Below, piece after piece: positions 28,626 to 41,549 of a DNA stretch of 64,000 bases (positions are counted from its first letter, which is position 1; the number at the start of each line of letters is the position of its first letter). The stretch is taken from positions 12,772,001 through 12,836,000 of the forward strand of contig OX597826.1 in assembly GCA_951406725.2 (NCBI GenBank). The letters run 5' to 3'. The position numbers were made by a program, and so were the translations under genes. A model generated the notes under the pieces. It ran no database searches. It had not been told where the DNA came from and saw only the letters and a program-made list of their open reading frames with translations. Source of the stretch: Octopus vulgaris (taxonomy: Eukaryota).

Positions 28626-29619
28626 TCTATTCATCAGACTTTTACCGGTATCTAGTGTATTGTAATAACTTGTCTTTTTCAAATGAGAACAGTTTTGTTT
28701 CGTTTTATATGTTTTATGTTTTGAGAGTTTATTACGAATATTTGCGATATTTTCTCTTGGGCTTTGTTTCTGCTGAGTTTGTTCTTCACATATTAATGGT
28801 TTATGGAACCGAATTCTTGTTGTTTGTAAATATTAGTTGATATTTTGCTCATTTTCTATTTCTGCTGATAACATATTTTTACTGTTAATTACACACTTAA
28901 CTATATTTGTTTCCATTACAGTTCAGTCATGTTCTTCTTTTCTTCCACCACATCTCAAACGCTTCATTTTTTTAAAACTATTTACTATGGTTGTGTGAGC
29001 AAGATATAATGTAAGTGATAATAAGTGTTTAACTCTTCGAGGTATTGTTCTTTGGTGTATCGTGTCTTAGAAGTTTTAATTTAATTTTGATAGACACTAA
29101 CTAGGTTAAACGAAACATATATAATTTTATTTCAAGTTAATTTGTTTTTATTTTATTTATTCATTTAGTATTTGTCGAGGGTTAATCTAGTGAACGGATG
29201 CTGGTTTTTATGCTGATGTAACACGCGTCTTGTTGTTTGACAGTATTAGATTTACACTTTTGTCTTTCTCAAAAGCTCTCGGCCAGTAGGTATTTTATAT
29301 TGCAGACTATTTTGTTGTTCAGGTTTACAGTGATGTATAACATTGGTTTGCTTTGAAGTTCGTTCACTGTTTTACTTGTGCTCTGTTAGTATTTGTTACT
29401 GTTGTTCTTATTTGTTTAACTTCGGGTCAACTGTGCTGAAAAAAGATCTGTTATGTTCTAGTCATGACCGCACCGTCTAGGATTGTTCTTTTTTCAGACA
29501 ACGGACCTCAGGCTACAATATCCACCGTTTTCTATTTTATATTTTCAATATTGAATTAATTGTTTTGTTTCAAAAATTTGGGTCACCAAGTTAAATATTT
29601 ACTTAGATTATTCTTCCTA

Positions 29620-29971
29620 CTGTTGGTTGCGGGTCTCCGAAAACTTTCGCTAATATCGACATTCGTCTGAACCACTTGTACACTTGCGTGCAGCTCATAC
29701 ACTCCTCTCCATACACTTTCTGAAACTTTATGTAGGCCTCTGAGCAGGTATCGCCATGAAAACTTTCTCTGTCGTGGTCAATGCGACAATCACACGCTAC
29801 ACACGTTCCTTCCAAGTATTGCTGTAAACAGCAGAAGTGAGCTAGAACGTTAAAACGTTGTGCAAACGCAGAGGGAAGTTCAAGGTCAAGCTTTGCCTAG
29901 CAGCTTCACTCTGCATGCAGTAGCTTGGTTACTATGGCAACAGTCTTGATATTTATTGAACAGATCTCGTA
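29620..29971 (-). mobile_element. Mariner 5' remnant (TIR + N-terminal HTH)
   Basis: GDTCSEAYIKFQKVYGEECMSCTQVYKWFRR; terminus TACGAGATCTGTTCAA on minus strand. Confidence 0.8.
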
Positions 29972-29988
29972 TATATACATACATAACG

Positions 29989-30061
<73 letters not shown>

Positions 30062-30084
30062 TTAAGCCCAACCCTATTGGTGCG

Positions 30085-30783
30085 GGTATTTGGTCCCAAA
30101 ATGGTTCATTCGTGGGACATAATAGCAAAGAAGAGTACACATTCACTCTCTGCTCGCGATTAGACTCGGAAAGTTTGTGAGGAACCCATTGACCCAATTT
30201 TATGACTTTTCCGATGGCACGCACGTGTCAATGAATGGTTGAATGACCAAATCCAAGCTTCTTTGCTAGTTCCTCAACAGTCGCGATGGGATTTTATTCC
30301 ACCAGGGTTTGCAAGACGTGCTCGTTGAGCTCTACAGATCTTCCAGGACGTGGCTCATCTTCTAGGCTGCAGTTTCTGGTTCGGAATTTCTGGAACCACT
30401 GTCGGCACTGACTTACGCTTATTGCCCGATCCCTATATACTCTATTAATAATCCTCGCACTTTCCGTTGCGTTTTTGTCTTTCCTTAAATCCTTAAAAGT
30501 GTTTTAGCCCGAAGGCCGCGGCCATGCTGGATCACCACCGTCTTTATTGAACTTATAAAGTAAAATATGCCGAATATGCTCCTTTGTCACTTCCATTAAT
30601 AGCTTGGAAAAAATACCTGTTAAAATCGAACTGTACTCTTCAAAACTTGCTCTAAGAATAAATACAATGCAAAATTATTACCTGCTTTTATAGCAAGTTG
30701 ATGCAAGTATTTCATCCCGATCCTCTCTGTCTTTTAGTTCATGCAGTTGAAACAGCCGCATTATTTATGGGATGACCTAATAT
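30085..30783 (-). mobile_element. Mariner transposon 5' half (pseudogenised transposase)
   Basis: MEVTKEHIRHILLY..QWFQKF..LEDEPRPGR..KLGQWVPHKL (WVPHEL motif)..FWDQI; TIR TATTAGGTCATCCCATAAATAATG. Confidence 0.92.
30483..30539 (-). mobile_element. 57-bp 5'-truncated retroposon tail inserted in mariner
   Basis: CCAGCATGGCCGCGGCC..CTAAAAC..AAGGATTTAAGG; GTCTTT duplicated at 30477-30482 and 30540-30545. Confidence 0.8.
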
Positions 30784-31254
30784 ATACATACAATACAAAG
30801 TAAAGCTGCAACTTTGTTCTGTTTTCTTTTCCTTTTGTAGTTTACTTTGTACCTTCTGGTTTTGCACCGGCCTTACACAACAACCCTCTTTAAAGTTTTA
30901 ACGGTGATACTGCGTTACAAAATATCACTTTTGTGTCTGCATCCTACGATACACATTCGACGCTTCTCAAAAAAAAAAAGAAGCAATTGTAAATTTGTTT
31001 ATATACACACGTAGTTCTTACATTTCAGTAAGCTATCTATTTAGCGTTTAGAATTGGTGGAAATGTTGTCAGCAGACAGCTGAACTTAATGGTAAAGCAC
31101 TCAACCGGTCTCTTGGAGGATTTAGGCTCGACTCCCATGGCTGTTTGTGGACAACCTTTTCTGCCTTGTAAGGGTACCAATACCCAGTTTTTCTGCTGTT
31201 TTAACGGGGATACTGCGTTCGAAAATATCACTTTCTTGTCTGTATCTTATACAC

Positions 31255-32345
31255 ATGTAGGGCTCTTAGGTCCTTTGGGAGATATTAAAGAGCTGTGGGC
31301 CTTCAAAGCCCAGATTATTGCAATATCTTGTCCTATATTTTGATGGCAAAGTTGGAGTCTTTGGCACTATACAGTGGCGCCCTGTTCTAGCGTTATTGTA
31401 ACTCACAATGCCAAAATTTAGGACAAGTCCCCCCAGGATCTTCCAGATGTATATTGCGGCATATCTTTCCCGCCAACGCTCCAGGGAACAAAGTCTCATT
31501 CTCTTGAGTCTTTCCCAGTAGCTTATACGTTGCATAGAGGTTATTTTCTTCGCGTAGCTTCGCTGGATTGCCTCAAGTTCTATAATTAATTTTACACTGG
31601 TTGGTAACCATAGCTGGGAGCAAGCGGCTTAGGAAAAATGTCCTCCAGAGGACCATCATGGTTTCCTGATCTCCTGTTTTAAGAACTCTAAGAATTCATC
31701 CGGTCAGCCGCTTGCATTTCATTGCGAACTTAGCAACATGCACATGGATGGATGCATCGTTACTCAAGTAAATACCCAGGTCTCGCTCAGACAGTCTCTG
31801 GGATTGCAATCCCTCCCGGTCTAGTGAATTTAATTAGTATTTCATATAGTTTTGCATGCTGATAGGATAGGGCTTGAAACTTTTCAGCGTAAAACGGCTT
31901 ACTATTCTTCTTAGCCCATTTGTATATGTCATCTAACTAATTTTGCAGGATCATAGCATCTTCAGGGTTCTGTATCATCTGTGAGACTGTTATATCACCT
32001 GAATAGCTTGTGATTATGGCTCTGTGTGTGGCTGGGAGCATATCTGAGACGGTTATTATTAACAGTAGTGATCCCAGAACAGTGCCTTGAGGAACACCAC
32101 TCACTATTTGCGTGCCATTTAAGGTGGCCACATTGGCTACTAATACTTGACTTCTATCTTTCAGAATGTCATGCAACTGCTATCCCAATTTCCCGACTAT
32201 GCCGAGACTATGCAGTTTTTGAAATATCATTCCATCATCAACTTTATCGAAAGTTTTAGCAAAGTCGAGATATATCACATCCACATTTGAGTGGTTGAGT
32301 CATAGTGTTGCAAGAGCTGAGTCAGGCAGTTTCTTCCTGGTCAGA
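31255..32345 (-). mobile_element. CR1-group LINE RT fragment, decayed
   Basis: DVIYLDFAK, SGVPQGTVLG, YWERLKRMRLCSLERWRERY..IYIWKI. Confidence 0.9.
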
Positions 32346-32410
32346 AAAAATATATATACACACACATCCATACATACACACACACACACATATACATACA
32401 ACACACACAC

Positions 32411-32457
<47 letters not shown>

Positions 32458-32461
32458 GTAC

Positions 32462-32526
<65 letters not shown>

Positions 32527-32540
32527 CATGTATATATACG

Positions 32541-32606
<66 letters not shown>

Positions 32607-32622
32607 GTATGTATATATATAT

Positions 32623-32656
<34 letters not shown>

Positions 32657-32859
32657 ACGGCCGTATCTGATATTGCAGAAATTGGCAGTAAAAGTTGACG
32701 AAGTGTAAATAGCTCACATGTCAGGTGCTTGCCTTCGGCTGTATTTGTCTTTCTTTCTTTATTTCCTTCATGTAGATTGTCTATGGTGCTGGCCAAACAA
32801 TAAATAGAGGGGCTGTCATATAGAAAGTTCAAATGTCTAGAGTTGAACTACTAGGAATT

Positions 32860-34030
32860 AATATCGATATTATCGACGTGACTTACCTTTAAAAAATGGT
32901 TTTTAATGAGATGTTCTCTTTGCTGGTCACCTTTAGAAGCTATGTATCTAACCTTGTAACTTACCTGATCAAAGCGTTCGCCGATAGAAAAGATTATTGC
33001 ATTGTCAACCGCAGAATATACAAGTCTGTAATGGTCTCAAATTTTCTATGGAAATGTATGTTCATCAATTCCCATTTTAATTTTTCTAGAGCTATTTCAC
33101 TTCCATAGTAATACAAGTTCTGAAACGAAATATTGGCTTGTAGTCTTTCATACAATTCATCTTAGAGGTTATCGAATGAATCATTATTCCTCATATCTTT
33201 CAATACTTGTTTAGTAATTCCAACCAGCCTTTCTCCATCTGTTTATGACATTTTAGATACACTCAGAAGCTTTTAGAAATTGTCTGTGAATATAAGAACT
33301 GATCGAGATATAGTATGAAGAATAAATTAAACGTTTTCATTTGAGACTTGTATCCAATTATACAGTACCAAATATCAGCATCCAATTATAGTAGAACATT
33401 CTTACCAAAACTTGAACTGGAGTGAATAATTATCAAGAATTCTTCAAAAGCAAGTAGTGAGTAGAGCATCTATCTTACTCTAAACTCTACTTAAATATAC
33501 ATTATCACCAGAAGTCAATTTTCTTGCAGATACTTATGTTCATTTTTTCGACACTAGTTAATTTTTCTCTCTGCACTTAATTAGATTATCAATATAATTT
33601 TTGTGACGCATCATAACAAGTATTATCTTACTTTGTTATTATGAAATTTTGATCTGATGTGTGCCTGATAATGTATTACTAAGGTTTTCGGTTGCTTGTT
33701 GTTCTTCTAAACGTTCCTTTACTCCAGTATTTTCCCCAAGCAGGCTACTCGGTTCGGCTTTCCTCTACACTAGCATAAGTGTAGTCGTAATCTTTTGAGC
33801 GCATCTATGATAATCACTTTTTTGCTCTTTTACTTGTTTCAGTCATGTGACTGTGGCCATGCTGGAGCACCGCCTTTAGCCGAGAAAATCGATCCCAAGA
33901 ATTATTCTTTGCAAGCCTAGTACTTATTCTATCGGTCTCTAAGCCGAACCTCTAAGTTACGAGGACGTAAACACACCAGCATCGGTTGTCAAGTGATGTT
34001 GGGGGGACAAACACAGACACACGCACATAT

Positions 34031-34104
<74 letters not shown>

Positions 34105-34700
34105 GACAGACTTCTTTCAGTTTCCGTCTACCAAATCAACTCATAAGGCTTCGGTCGACCCGACGGTATAGTAGAAGACACTTGCCCAAGGTGCCACGCA
34201 GTGGGACTGAACCCGTAAGCAAGCTACTTACCACACAGCCACTCCAAAATAATTTTTTTTATATTTAATAAGTGATAAAAACCAAGAAATTACTCATTGG
34301 CCGATTGCTGACCCGAAGATCACTTAATCTAAGTTGTTTTTTGTTGGATGTATCGGTATATTAGTCACTGGTAATTGAAAAAGTTTTATCGATCTAACCA
34401 ACTAAATCTTTCAGTTATTGAAGAACAGAACTTAGTTTGTATTGGGTGACTCACGTATCTATCTCTAAGAATTTAGTTGTACTACTCCAGAATAGGATCA
34501 GGATTAGATTTTCTTCGCAGTCGGACACGGTTAAAGAAATTTAGATGATTCTTTATCGTTGTATTTGCCTCGAAAGGAAATTTAGAACTTGTCTGCATTG
34601 ATTTTCTTAGCTGCATCGAACAATTCTTCAGTGTTATTACATTACAGAATCTACATTTTTAATTCGATGGCAGGGGCAGTGATTTTCAGGAAGGCCAATA
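32860..34700 (-). mobile_element. Ancient PLE remnant, split by a SINE
   Basis: Colinear degenerate motifs TTIKNH (ITLKDH-like), CYDASQ (YDGAE-like), YIHRQ, RKIK..FETITDLYILRL. Confidence 0.45.
33823..34245 (-). mobile_element. Dominant SINE
   Basis: Reverse complement of the 16368 family. Confidence 0.92.
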
Positions 34701-35073
34701 AATCTCAAAACACTGTCTAGTTTTACAATTATTTCCTTCTGTTTTTAGAAGTAAAAAATCTTTCCGTTAAAAAGACATTTTATTTAACGCCATCTTGTAC
34801 ATTTGAATTTTCTTAATATTTTAACATTATCCATGACTGTCTGTTTGAACACAGTCAATGAAATCAAAATCATTGAACCAAGTTGGTTGAAAAGGCCACT
34901 TCTAGGAGTTAGCTGCCCTTTCAGAAAAATTGAAACTGATATCTTGATATATTTTAGAAGTGGAAGCAAGTGTGGGAGATGTTTCATTGGCCCGGTACAC
35001 TGATATTTAATCAACATTTCTAATCAAGACAATGAAGAAAAAACTAATAACAGAAATGATTTTTCGGTTAGTA

Positions 35074-35303
35074 AGGCGGCGAGCTGGCATCGTCGTTAGC
35101 ACGCAGGGCGAAATGCTTAGCTGTATTTCGTCTGCCACTACGTTGTGAGTTCAAATTCCGCCGAGGTCGACTTTGCATTTCATCCTTTCGAGGTCGATTA
35201 AATAAGTACCAGTTATGCACTGGGGTCGATATAATCGACATAATCCGATTATCTGTCCTTGTTTGTCCCCTCTGTGTGTAGCCCCTTGTGGGTAGTAAGA
35301 AAG
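35074..35303 (+). mobile_element. MetaSINE-like SINE
   Basis: tRNA-like head, TTTCATCCTTTCGAGGTCGATTAAATAAGTACCAG central domain. Confidence 0.9.
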
Positions 35304-35583
35304 AATTTTTCGAGAAATCACTGGTTGCATTTGTATTTATTGGGGGGGGGGGGCTTGTTTCAGTAGCTGGTCAACAGGAAACATAAAAATATATCACTCT
35401 CGAATGAAAAATATCTCACTTTGAACGATTATGAAATACACTTCATATCAAGATAGTTACCCACCAGATGTTCGGTATTTTGCAAAGGGAAGAGAAAGAG
35501 AGCGAAAGTTGGTGATAGAAGAGCGACGATGTCACACAAGGTAAGTGAACAAGACATAGAAATGTATTAATTATTAACCCATG

Positions 35584-35818
35584 AAGGCGGCGAGCCTGCA
35601 GAAACGTTAGCACACCGGGCGTAATGCGTAGCCGTATTTCGTCTGCCGTTACGTTCTGAGTTCAAATTCTGCCGAGGTCGACTTGGCCTTTCATCCTTTC
35701 GGAGTCGATAAATTTAGGACCAGTTACGCACTGGAGTCGATGTAATCGACTTAATCCCTTTGTCTGTCCTTGTTTATCTCTTCTATGTTTAGCCCCTTGT
35801 GGGCAATAAAGAAACACA
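35584..35818 (+). mobile_element. MetaSINE-like SINE with 19-bp TSD
   Basis: TSD TATTAATTATTAACCCATG at 35565-35583 and 35819-35837. Confidence 0.93.
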
Positions 35819-35954
35819 TATTAATTATTAACCCATGCCGCACGCGTGATAATATTTACCTTTTGCTGTTCATATATAAGTGTGAGTGTGTGTATGTGTG
35901 AGGGTGTGGGTGTGTGGAGAAGGAGTAAGTGTGTGTGTGTGTCATTAATCATTT

Positions 35955-36147
35955 ATCTTTAACTTGTTTCAGTCATTAAACTACGGAGACGTTGGGGCAT
36001 CGCGTTTGAAGAATTTTAGTCAAATGAATCGATCCCAGTACTTTGGATACTTTTAAACACTGGTACTTATTCTATCGTCCCCTTTTCCAAACCGCTAAGT
36101 TACGGGGACGTAAACACACAGGCACTGGTTGTTAAGTGATGGTGGGT

Positions 36148-36150
<3 letters not shown>
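35955..36150 (-). mobile_element. Dominant SINE 3' half, diverged
   Basis: CTTGTTTCAGTCAT..CCGCTAAGTTACGGGGACGTAAACAC. Confidence 0.8.
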
Positions 36151-36184
<34 letters not shown>

Positions 36185-36225
36185 GGTGGTGCATCAGCAT
36201 GGCCGCAGCTCTGAGCTGAAACTAG

Positions 36226-36277
<52 letters not shown>

Positions 36278-36281
<4 letters not shown>

Positions 36282-37042
36282 CGTCAGTTGTCGGCTACTA
36301 CTACTGTTAATGTCACGTGGCTTTGAGCTGCCTGAATAAGAGAAATAAAAGAGACTGGCTACAGGTAAGGCATTTTTGTCTTTTTGAGTTCGGTGAGGAT
36401 TTATTGTTATGTTATTTTTAATAGATACCTGCTGAACTCTAAACATTTTTGTCTGCCTGTGGTGAGTCTAGTTGTACTCACTTTCTAGTAAGTTACATTC
36501 TTTTTTTCTCTTTTGGTAGGCGTATCTCGCCACCAAAATGTTTCTGTGTTTTGGTGGGCGAATCTTGCCACCAAAATATTGTTTCTGTACCTGGTTTGTT
36601 GAAATTCCTGCCTTGGAGTTCCTGATTTACTGTAGTTCCTGCTTCGCAGTACCTGATTTTGCTGTTGCTACCAAGTTCCAGTTTGGGTCAGGAGTACCTG
36701 TGGCCGGAAGAGAGGAGTATCGCTTATGGCCGGGTGGCTCCAGCATGACACACGCTTTATGCTTGAGTGAGGCGTGGGAAATGGCGGGGTTCGGGGTCAG
36801 AAGCGATACTGAATTTCAAGATGATGTCGAAGAAGAGGACTACGGGTAAGAGGTAGGAAAGCCTCGTCATTATAAAATGATAAGAGGTTTGAAACCTCAT
36901 TCTGTTTATTCCAAATAGAACATTGTTTTCGGGAGACGGCGGTCGCTTCCCTCATTCATATTTTTATATTCATTTCATCCCATTATTGTAATTTTCCAGC
37001 CCGCAGTTAATCTATGGAATGCCCCTGTTGAAAATTGTATGA

Positions 37043-37047
<5 letters not shown>
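36278..37047 (+). other. Unclassified GC-richer island between two (TA)n tracts
   Basis: Complex sequence bounded by TA tracts, internal CCACCAAAA direct/inverted repeats, splice-like signals. Confidence 0.4.
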
Positions 37048-37082
<35 letters not shown>

Positions 37083-37149
37083 CGGAGATGTACTTGCATA
37101 GCAAGTAATTTGATCTGAGATCGTGTGCTGAAATGATTGTATATATATA

Positions 37150-37461
37150 TATCACCGTGATCACTGTGACCGACCAGGCTATCAGATGTTGCTTCACATC
37201 GCTGGTCACAATGCGCTTCGCATTGTTTTAGCCTTCAAATGACGCCACCCTGGTGGCTAAGCGAGCAGGCCAACGGAAGAAAGAATGAGAGAAAGTTGTG
37301 GCGAAAGAGTACAGCAGGGATCGACACCTCTCCCTGGCGGAGCTTCGTGGAGCTTTAGACGTTTTCGCTCAATAAACACTCACAACGTCTGGTCTGGGAA
37401 TCGAAACCGCGATCCTACGAACACGAGTCCGCTGCCCTAACCACTGGGCATTGTGCCTCCA
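37150..37461 (-). mobile_element. tRNA(Arg)-derived SINE, tail type A, full length
   Basis: Reverse complement of the 9057-9330 family. Confidence 0.92.
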
Positions 37462-37462
37462 C

Positions 37463-37514
<52 letters not shown>

Positions 37515-37680
37515 ATGACGGGCTTCTTTCGGTTTCAGACTACCAAATCCTTTCACAAGACTTTGGTCGGCCAAAGTCTATAGTATAACCCATTTGTCCA
37601 AAATACCACGCTGTGGAACTGAACCTGAATTGTTGCAGTTAGAAAGTAAACTTCTTGCCACATGGACACACCTGCGCCTG
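37515..37680 (-). mobile_element. Dominant SINE 5' half, diverged
   Basis: GACGGGCTTCTTTC..ACCAAATCC..GAACTGAACC..CCTGCGCC. Confidence 0.75.
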
Positions 37681-37946
37681 TGTGTGTTGTGTGTGTGTGT
37701 GCGTGTGTGTGTGTGTGTATATCTGTGTGTATTATTTAGTATCAGCTTGACTCAGCTCCATACAACTTAAAGATTCGTAGGATCCAAGAACAAACCTATA
37801 TCGTCAGGTATCAAGATGCCTGGCGAGTTAGGTTCGCTCCACAAGTATGGAACTGAATCAAACTGTTACTGAATCATATATGTAACTCCTACCAAACTAC
37901 AAAATATTTTGAGAGCCTCTTCTATTTTCTGTAACCAACAAGAGGA

Positions 37947-38368
37947 GGATCTTTTCGGTTTGAACGGCAGCTTTATCATAATTTCTAGGGAACTAAACAC
38001 TTTTAAACTTCGTATACTGGTAGAATGTGTTTATAAAACATCTTTTTCTCTTGGCTTTATTGAGAAAATTCTATAGTCTGTAAGTCTTTGTTGTTTTTTT
38101 TTCCTCAATTTCTGCAATTTCAATCAATCATTGACGTCCATTAAGGTAAAAAACATTCTGTGCTGTATGAATATGTCCCTCGTTTAAGAAACAGATTGGG
38201 ATTATTTACATTTGTGAAGAAAAAAAGATACCCTTCCCCCCACCCCTAACCCTAACCCTAACCCTAAAACAGATTGAAATGCAATAGATCGATACTAGGG
38301 TCATAATTATGGGTGACAATTTCATATGAGACCGCTAGAAAAAACTGCCGTTCAAGCCGAAAAGATGC
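37947..38368. mobile_element. MITE with ~24-bp TIRs and 8-bp TSD (Merlin-like)
   Basis: TIR GGATCTTTTCGGTTTGAACGGCAG / CTGCCGTTCAAGCCGAAAAGATGC; TSD CAAGAGGA at 37939-37946 and 38369-38376; internal (CCCTAA)4. Confidence 0.88.
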
Positions 38369-39123
38369 CAAGAGGAAACTGCAGTGGTATAATTAATCTT
38401 AAAATTTATCGACTCCAGAACTTGTTCTGCAGAGATAAGATGACAAAGTGTGACAATATCCCTAGTTGTCACTTAGCATCATAAAAATGATATCAAACAT
38501 TTCTTCAAGCATAAAAGTTAAATTTTATCTCAAATTAATTCCTAATTTTTAAAAATATTCTCCCATTCATTTCAGATACGGTAACAGCTACCATTACGCT
38601 TGTATTTTATTTCTCTAACTAAAAAGCAACTTTGAATAAATAATCATAAATTTTTCGTTCATCATTTATCACATTGTCGCTTACCAGCAATTATGAATGC
38701 CTGCGTATATACTTAAATATATATATATATTTGTATATTTGCATGTATGTATGTTTACTAATGTATGTATGCATATTTCATGCATGTATATATGTATGTT
38801 TATGCATGAATATAGATAAATAGATATTTATAAATATACATATATACACATTTTACAGATTCAGATATATCGCACATATACGTATATATGTATATATATA
38901 TATATATATATATACGCATAATATAAGTATAGACGTATGTACTTATGTGTTTATACTTATATATATGAATGTATATATATATATATACGTATGTATGTTT
39001 GTATATATATGTATATATATATATATATATATACACTAAACGTACTATATATATGTGTGTGTGTGTAAATGCATGTAAATATATATATATATATATATAT
39101 ACATATATAAATATACATGAATT

Positions 39124-39192
<69 letters not shown>

Positions 39193-39342
39193 GTAAGTGT
39201 GTATGTATGTATGCATGTATGTATTTAAGTATGCATTATGTGTGTATGTATCATTTCTCACCTGTAAAAACACTCTATGCGGATTCCATTACAGAAACGT
39301 GTGTATACACAAGATAATGCTGTTCACACAACTCTACACGCA

Positions 39343-39389
<47 letters not shown>

Positions 39390-39597
39390 GCACACACACA
39401 CGCGCAAGCACGCACTCGCACACGGAAATTTACGCACTCCTACAAGTATACAAGCGCACATACATTCCAGCGTGCAAGCTCTCCTACTTGGTGAAACTCA
39501 TTAGTGCATTGTGTCTCATCAGTTCGCACCTGATAGTAATAATTAGGCAATCTAATAGCACCGCAGCTATTTTCGATCACTGAATTGATTACTAAAG

Positions 39598-39615
39598 ATT
39601 GGTTACCATGGTGAC
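39598..39615. promoter_or_regulatory. Candidate RFX X-box overlapping an inverted CCAAT
   Basis: GTTACCATGGTGAC (39602-39615) fits GTNRCC-AT-GGYAAC on minus strand; ATTGG at 39598-39602. Confidence 0.35.
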
Positions 39616-39954
39616 AACCTAACTGATATTAATAATGTCATATTCCCAGAAACTTTCATCAGCGTATGGTTTCTCAAGCTATTTTTGTTGATATTTTTAA
39701 TTGAGAAGCTAAAGTCCACACATCTTCCTTTTCAAGCATAACCTAGTTGTTGAGTGCCGGATATGAAGCTCTGTAATATTCTTTTCTGCTCTGTTTAATA
39801 TAGGTTAAAGTGAAATATTATTTGGTGTGAAAGCAATTCCGCACCATGAACCAATTATCAATATTTAATAGTCATAACTTACAGCTATGACTTATGGAGC
39901 CCATAATTAGTTATCAACATTATTACATCAGAAGTGGATAGAATAGACTTTTAA

Positions 39955-40376
39955 CGGTTATTTGTTCTAGACATTAGAGTGCGGACACGCTGGGGCACAG
40001 CCTTGAAGAATCTTTAGTCGAGTGAATCAATCTCAGTATTTATTGTGCTTCATTTCTTCTACTTTAAGCCTGGTACTTATTCTACCGATCTTTTCGCGCC
40101 GAATTGCTAAGTTACGGAGACATAAACACATCAACACCGGTGGTCAAGCTGTAGTAAGGGAGACACATTGGCACAAAGACAGACACGCACATACATATAT
40201 ATATATATAATTTATATTTAATGTAGGATAAAACTTTTTCGAAAAAAAGTTTTTATTAATGGCCAGCATATTAAAAAAATACCTTTAAAGGTTAAAATTA
40301 TAAACAACTTATAAATAAGGGCAAACGAAAATTAGAAATTTTTTCGTTTGCCCTTATTTATAAGTTGTATATATAA

Positions 40377-40451
<75 letters not shown>

Positions 40452-40469
40452 CATACGTACATATATATA

Positions 40470-40523
<54 letters not shown>

Positions 40524-40685
40524 CGGGTTTCTTTAAGTTGCCGTCTACCAAATTCTCTCACAAGGATTTGCCCGGCCCCAGGCTAAAGTAAATGAAACTT
40601 GCCCAAGGTGCCACGCAGTGGTAATAAACTTGGAACTATGTGGTGAGGAAGAAAACGTCTTACCACAAAGCCATACCAGCGCGTG
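39955..40685 (-). mobile_element. Dominant SINE interrupted in its TA tract by a fold-back element
   Basis: 3' half ~39955-40195 and 5' half 40521-40685; insert 40208-40370 has perfect 28-bp arms 40304-40331 / 40341-40368. Confidence 0.8.
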
Positions 40686-41549
40686 ATCGATTGTTTTATG
40701 ACATTTAGTTAAATTTCTTTATTCTTTACACTGTGAGTTCAAATCCTGTTCAACATGATTCATAATCCATCGCTCTTGGTTAAAATGATAGCTGTGTATT
40801 GATTTGGATATAATCCAGTATGATTTCGAATATAGAGGCAGGGCATAGCGATAATCCAATAAAAGAAGTAGTTAAGGAAATAGTAAAAGAATTACAATGG
40901 AGGAAGGGGGTGGGAGAATGTTTTTAGAACGCTGAGAAAAAAATTAGGGATTGGTTACGTCCGTTATCTTTCCAGTTCAAATTCCATCAGATTTTACTTC
41001 CTTGTCGATGAAAAATATACCAGTAACATAAGGAGGTCGATTTGACTAACTGATTCCACTTCCAAAAACTTCCATATTCGTGTAAGGAATCGATTAATGC
41101 AGGTAAAGCAAAAACTTGATTGCTACTTTCAGTTAGATCTGTCAAGCATTGTTTGGCAATCGATTGAAGTTTGCAGATGTATCTGTTTCCCACCTACTAA
41201 AACAAACAGTTATTGGTCAAAGCGTGTTACATGGTCAAATATGTGATAAGATAGAATCATTGTTGGATAGGCACATATGATGCAAAATCATCCAGTCTAG
41301 ACCAATAAGTCATCAAATAGCACTTATTCTTCGATGCTTGTTGGGTTTGATTACCACAGAATTGAATCTGTACTTCCTTGATGCTTTAAAGATAGAACTT
41401 TCTTTATAATACTTCATATTACTGGAGGATATTCTGGCCTTTGGCCCCTTCATTGATGACGAATGTTGACAAAGATTTAAAGTTCCTCCTCTTTTGATCT
41501 CAACAGGTGTAGATGCACCCTTATTAACTTGAAGCAAAGACAAGATTTT

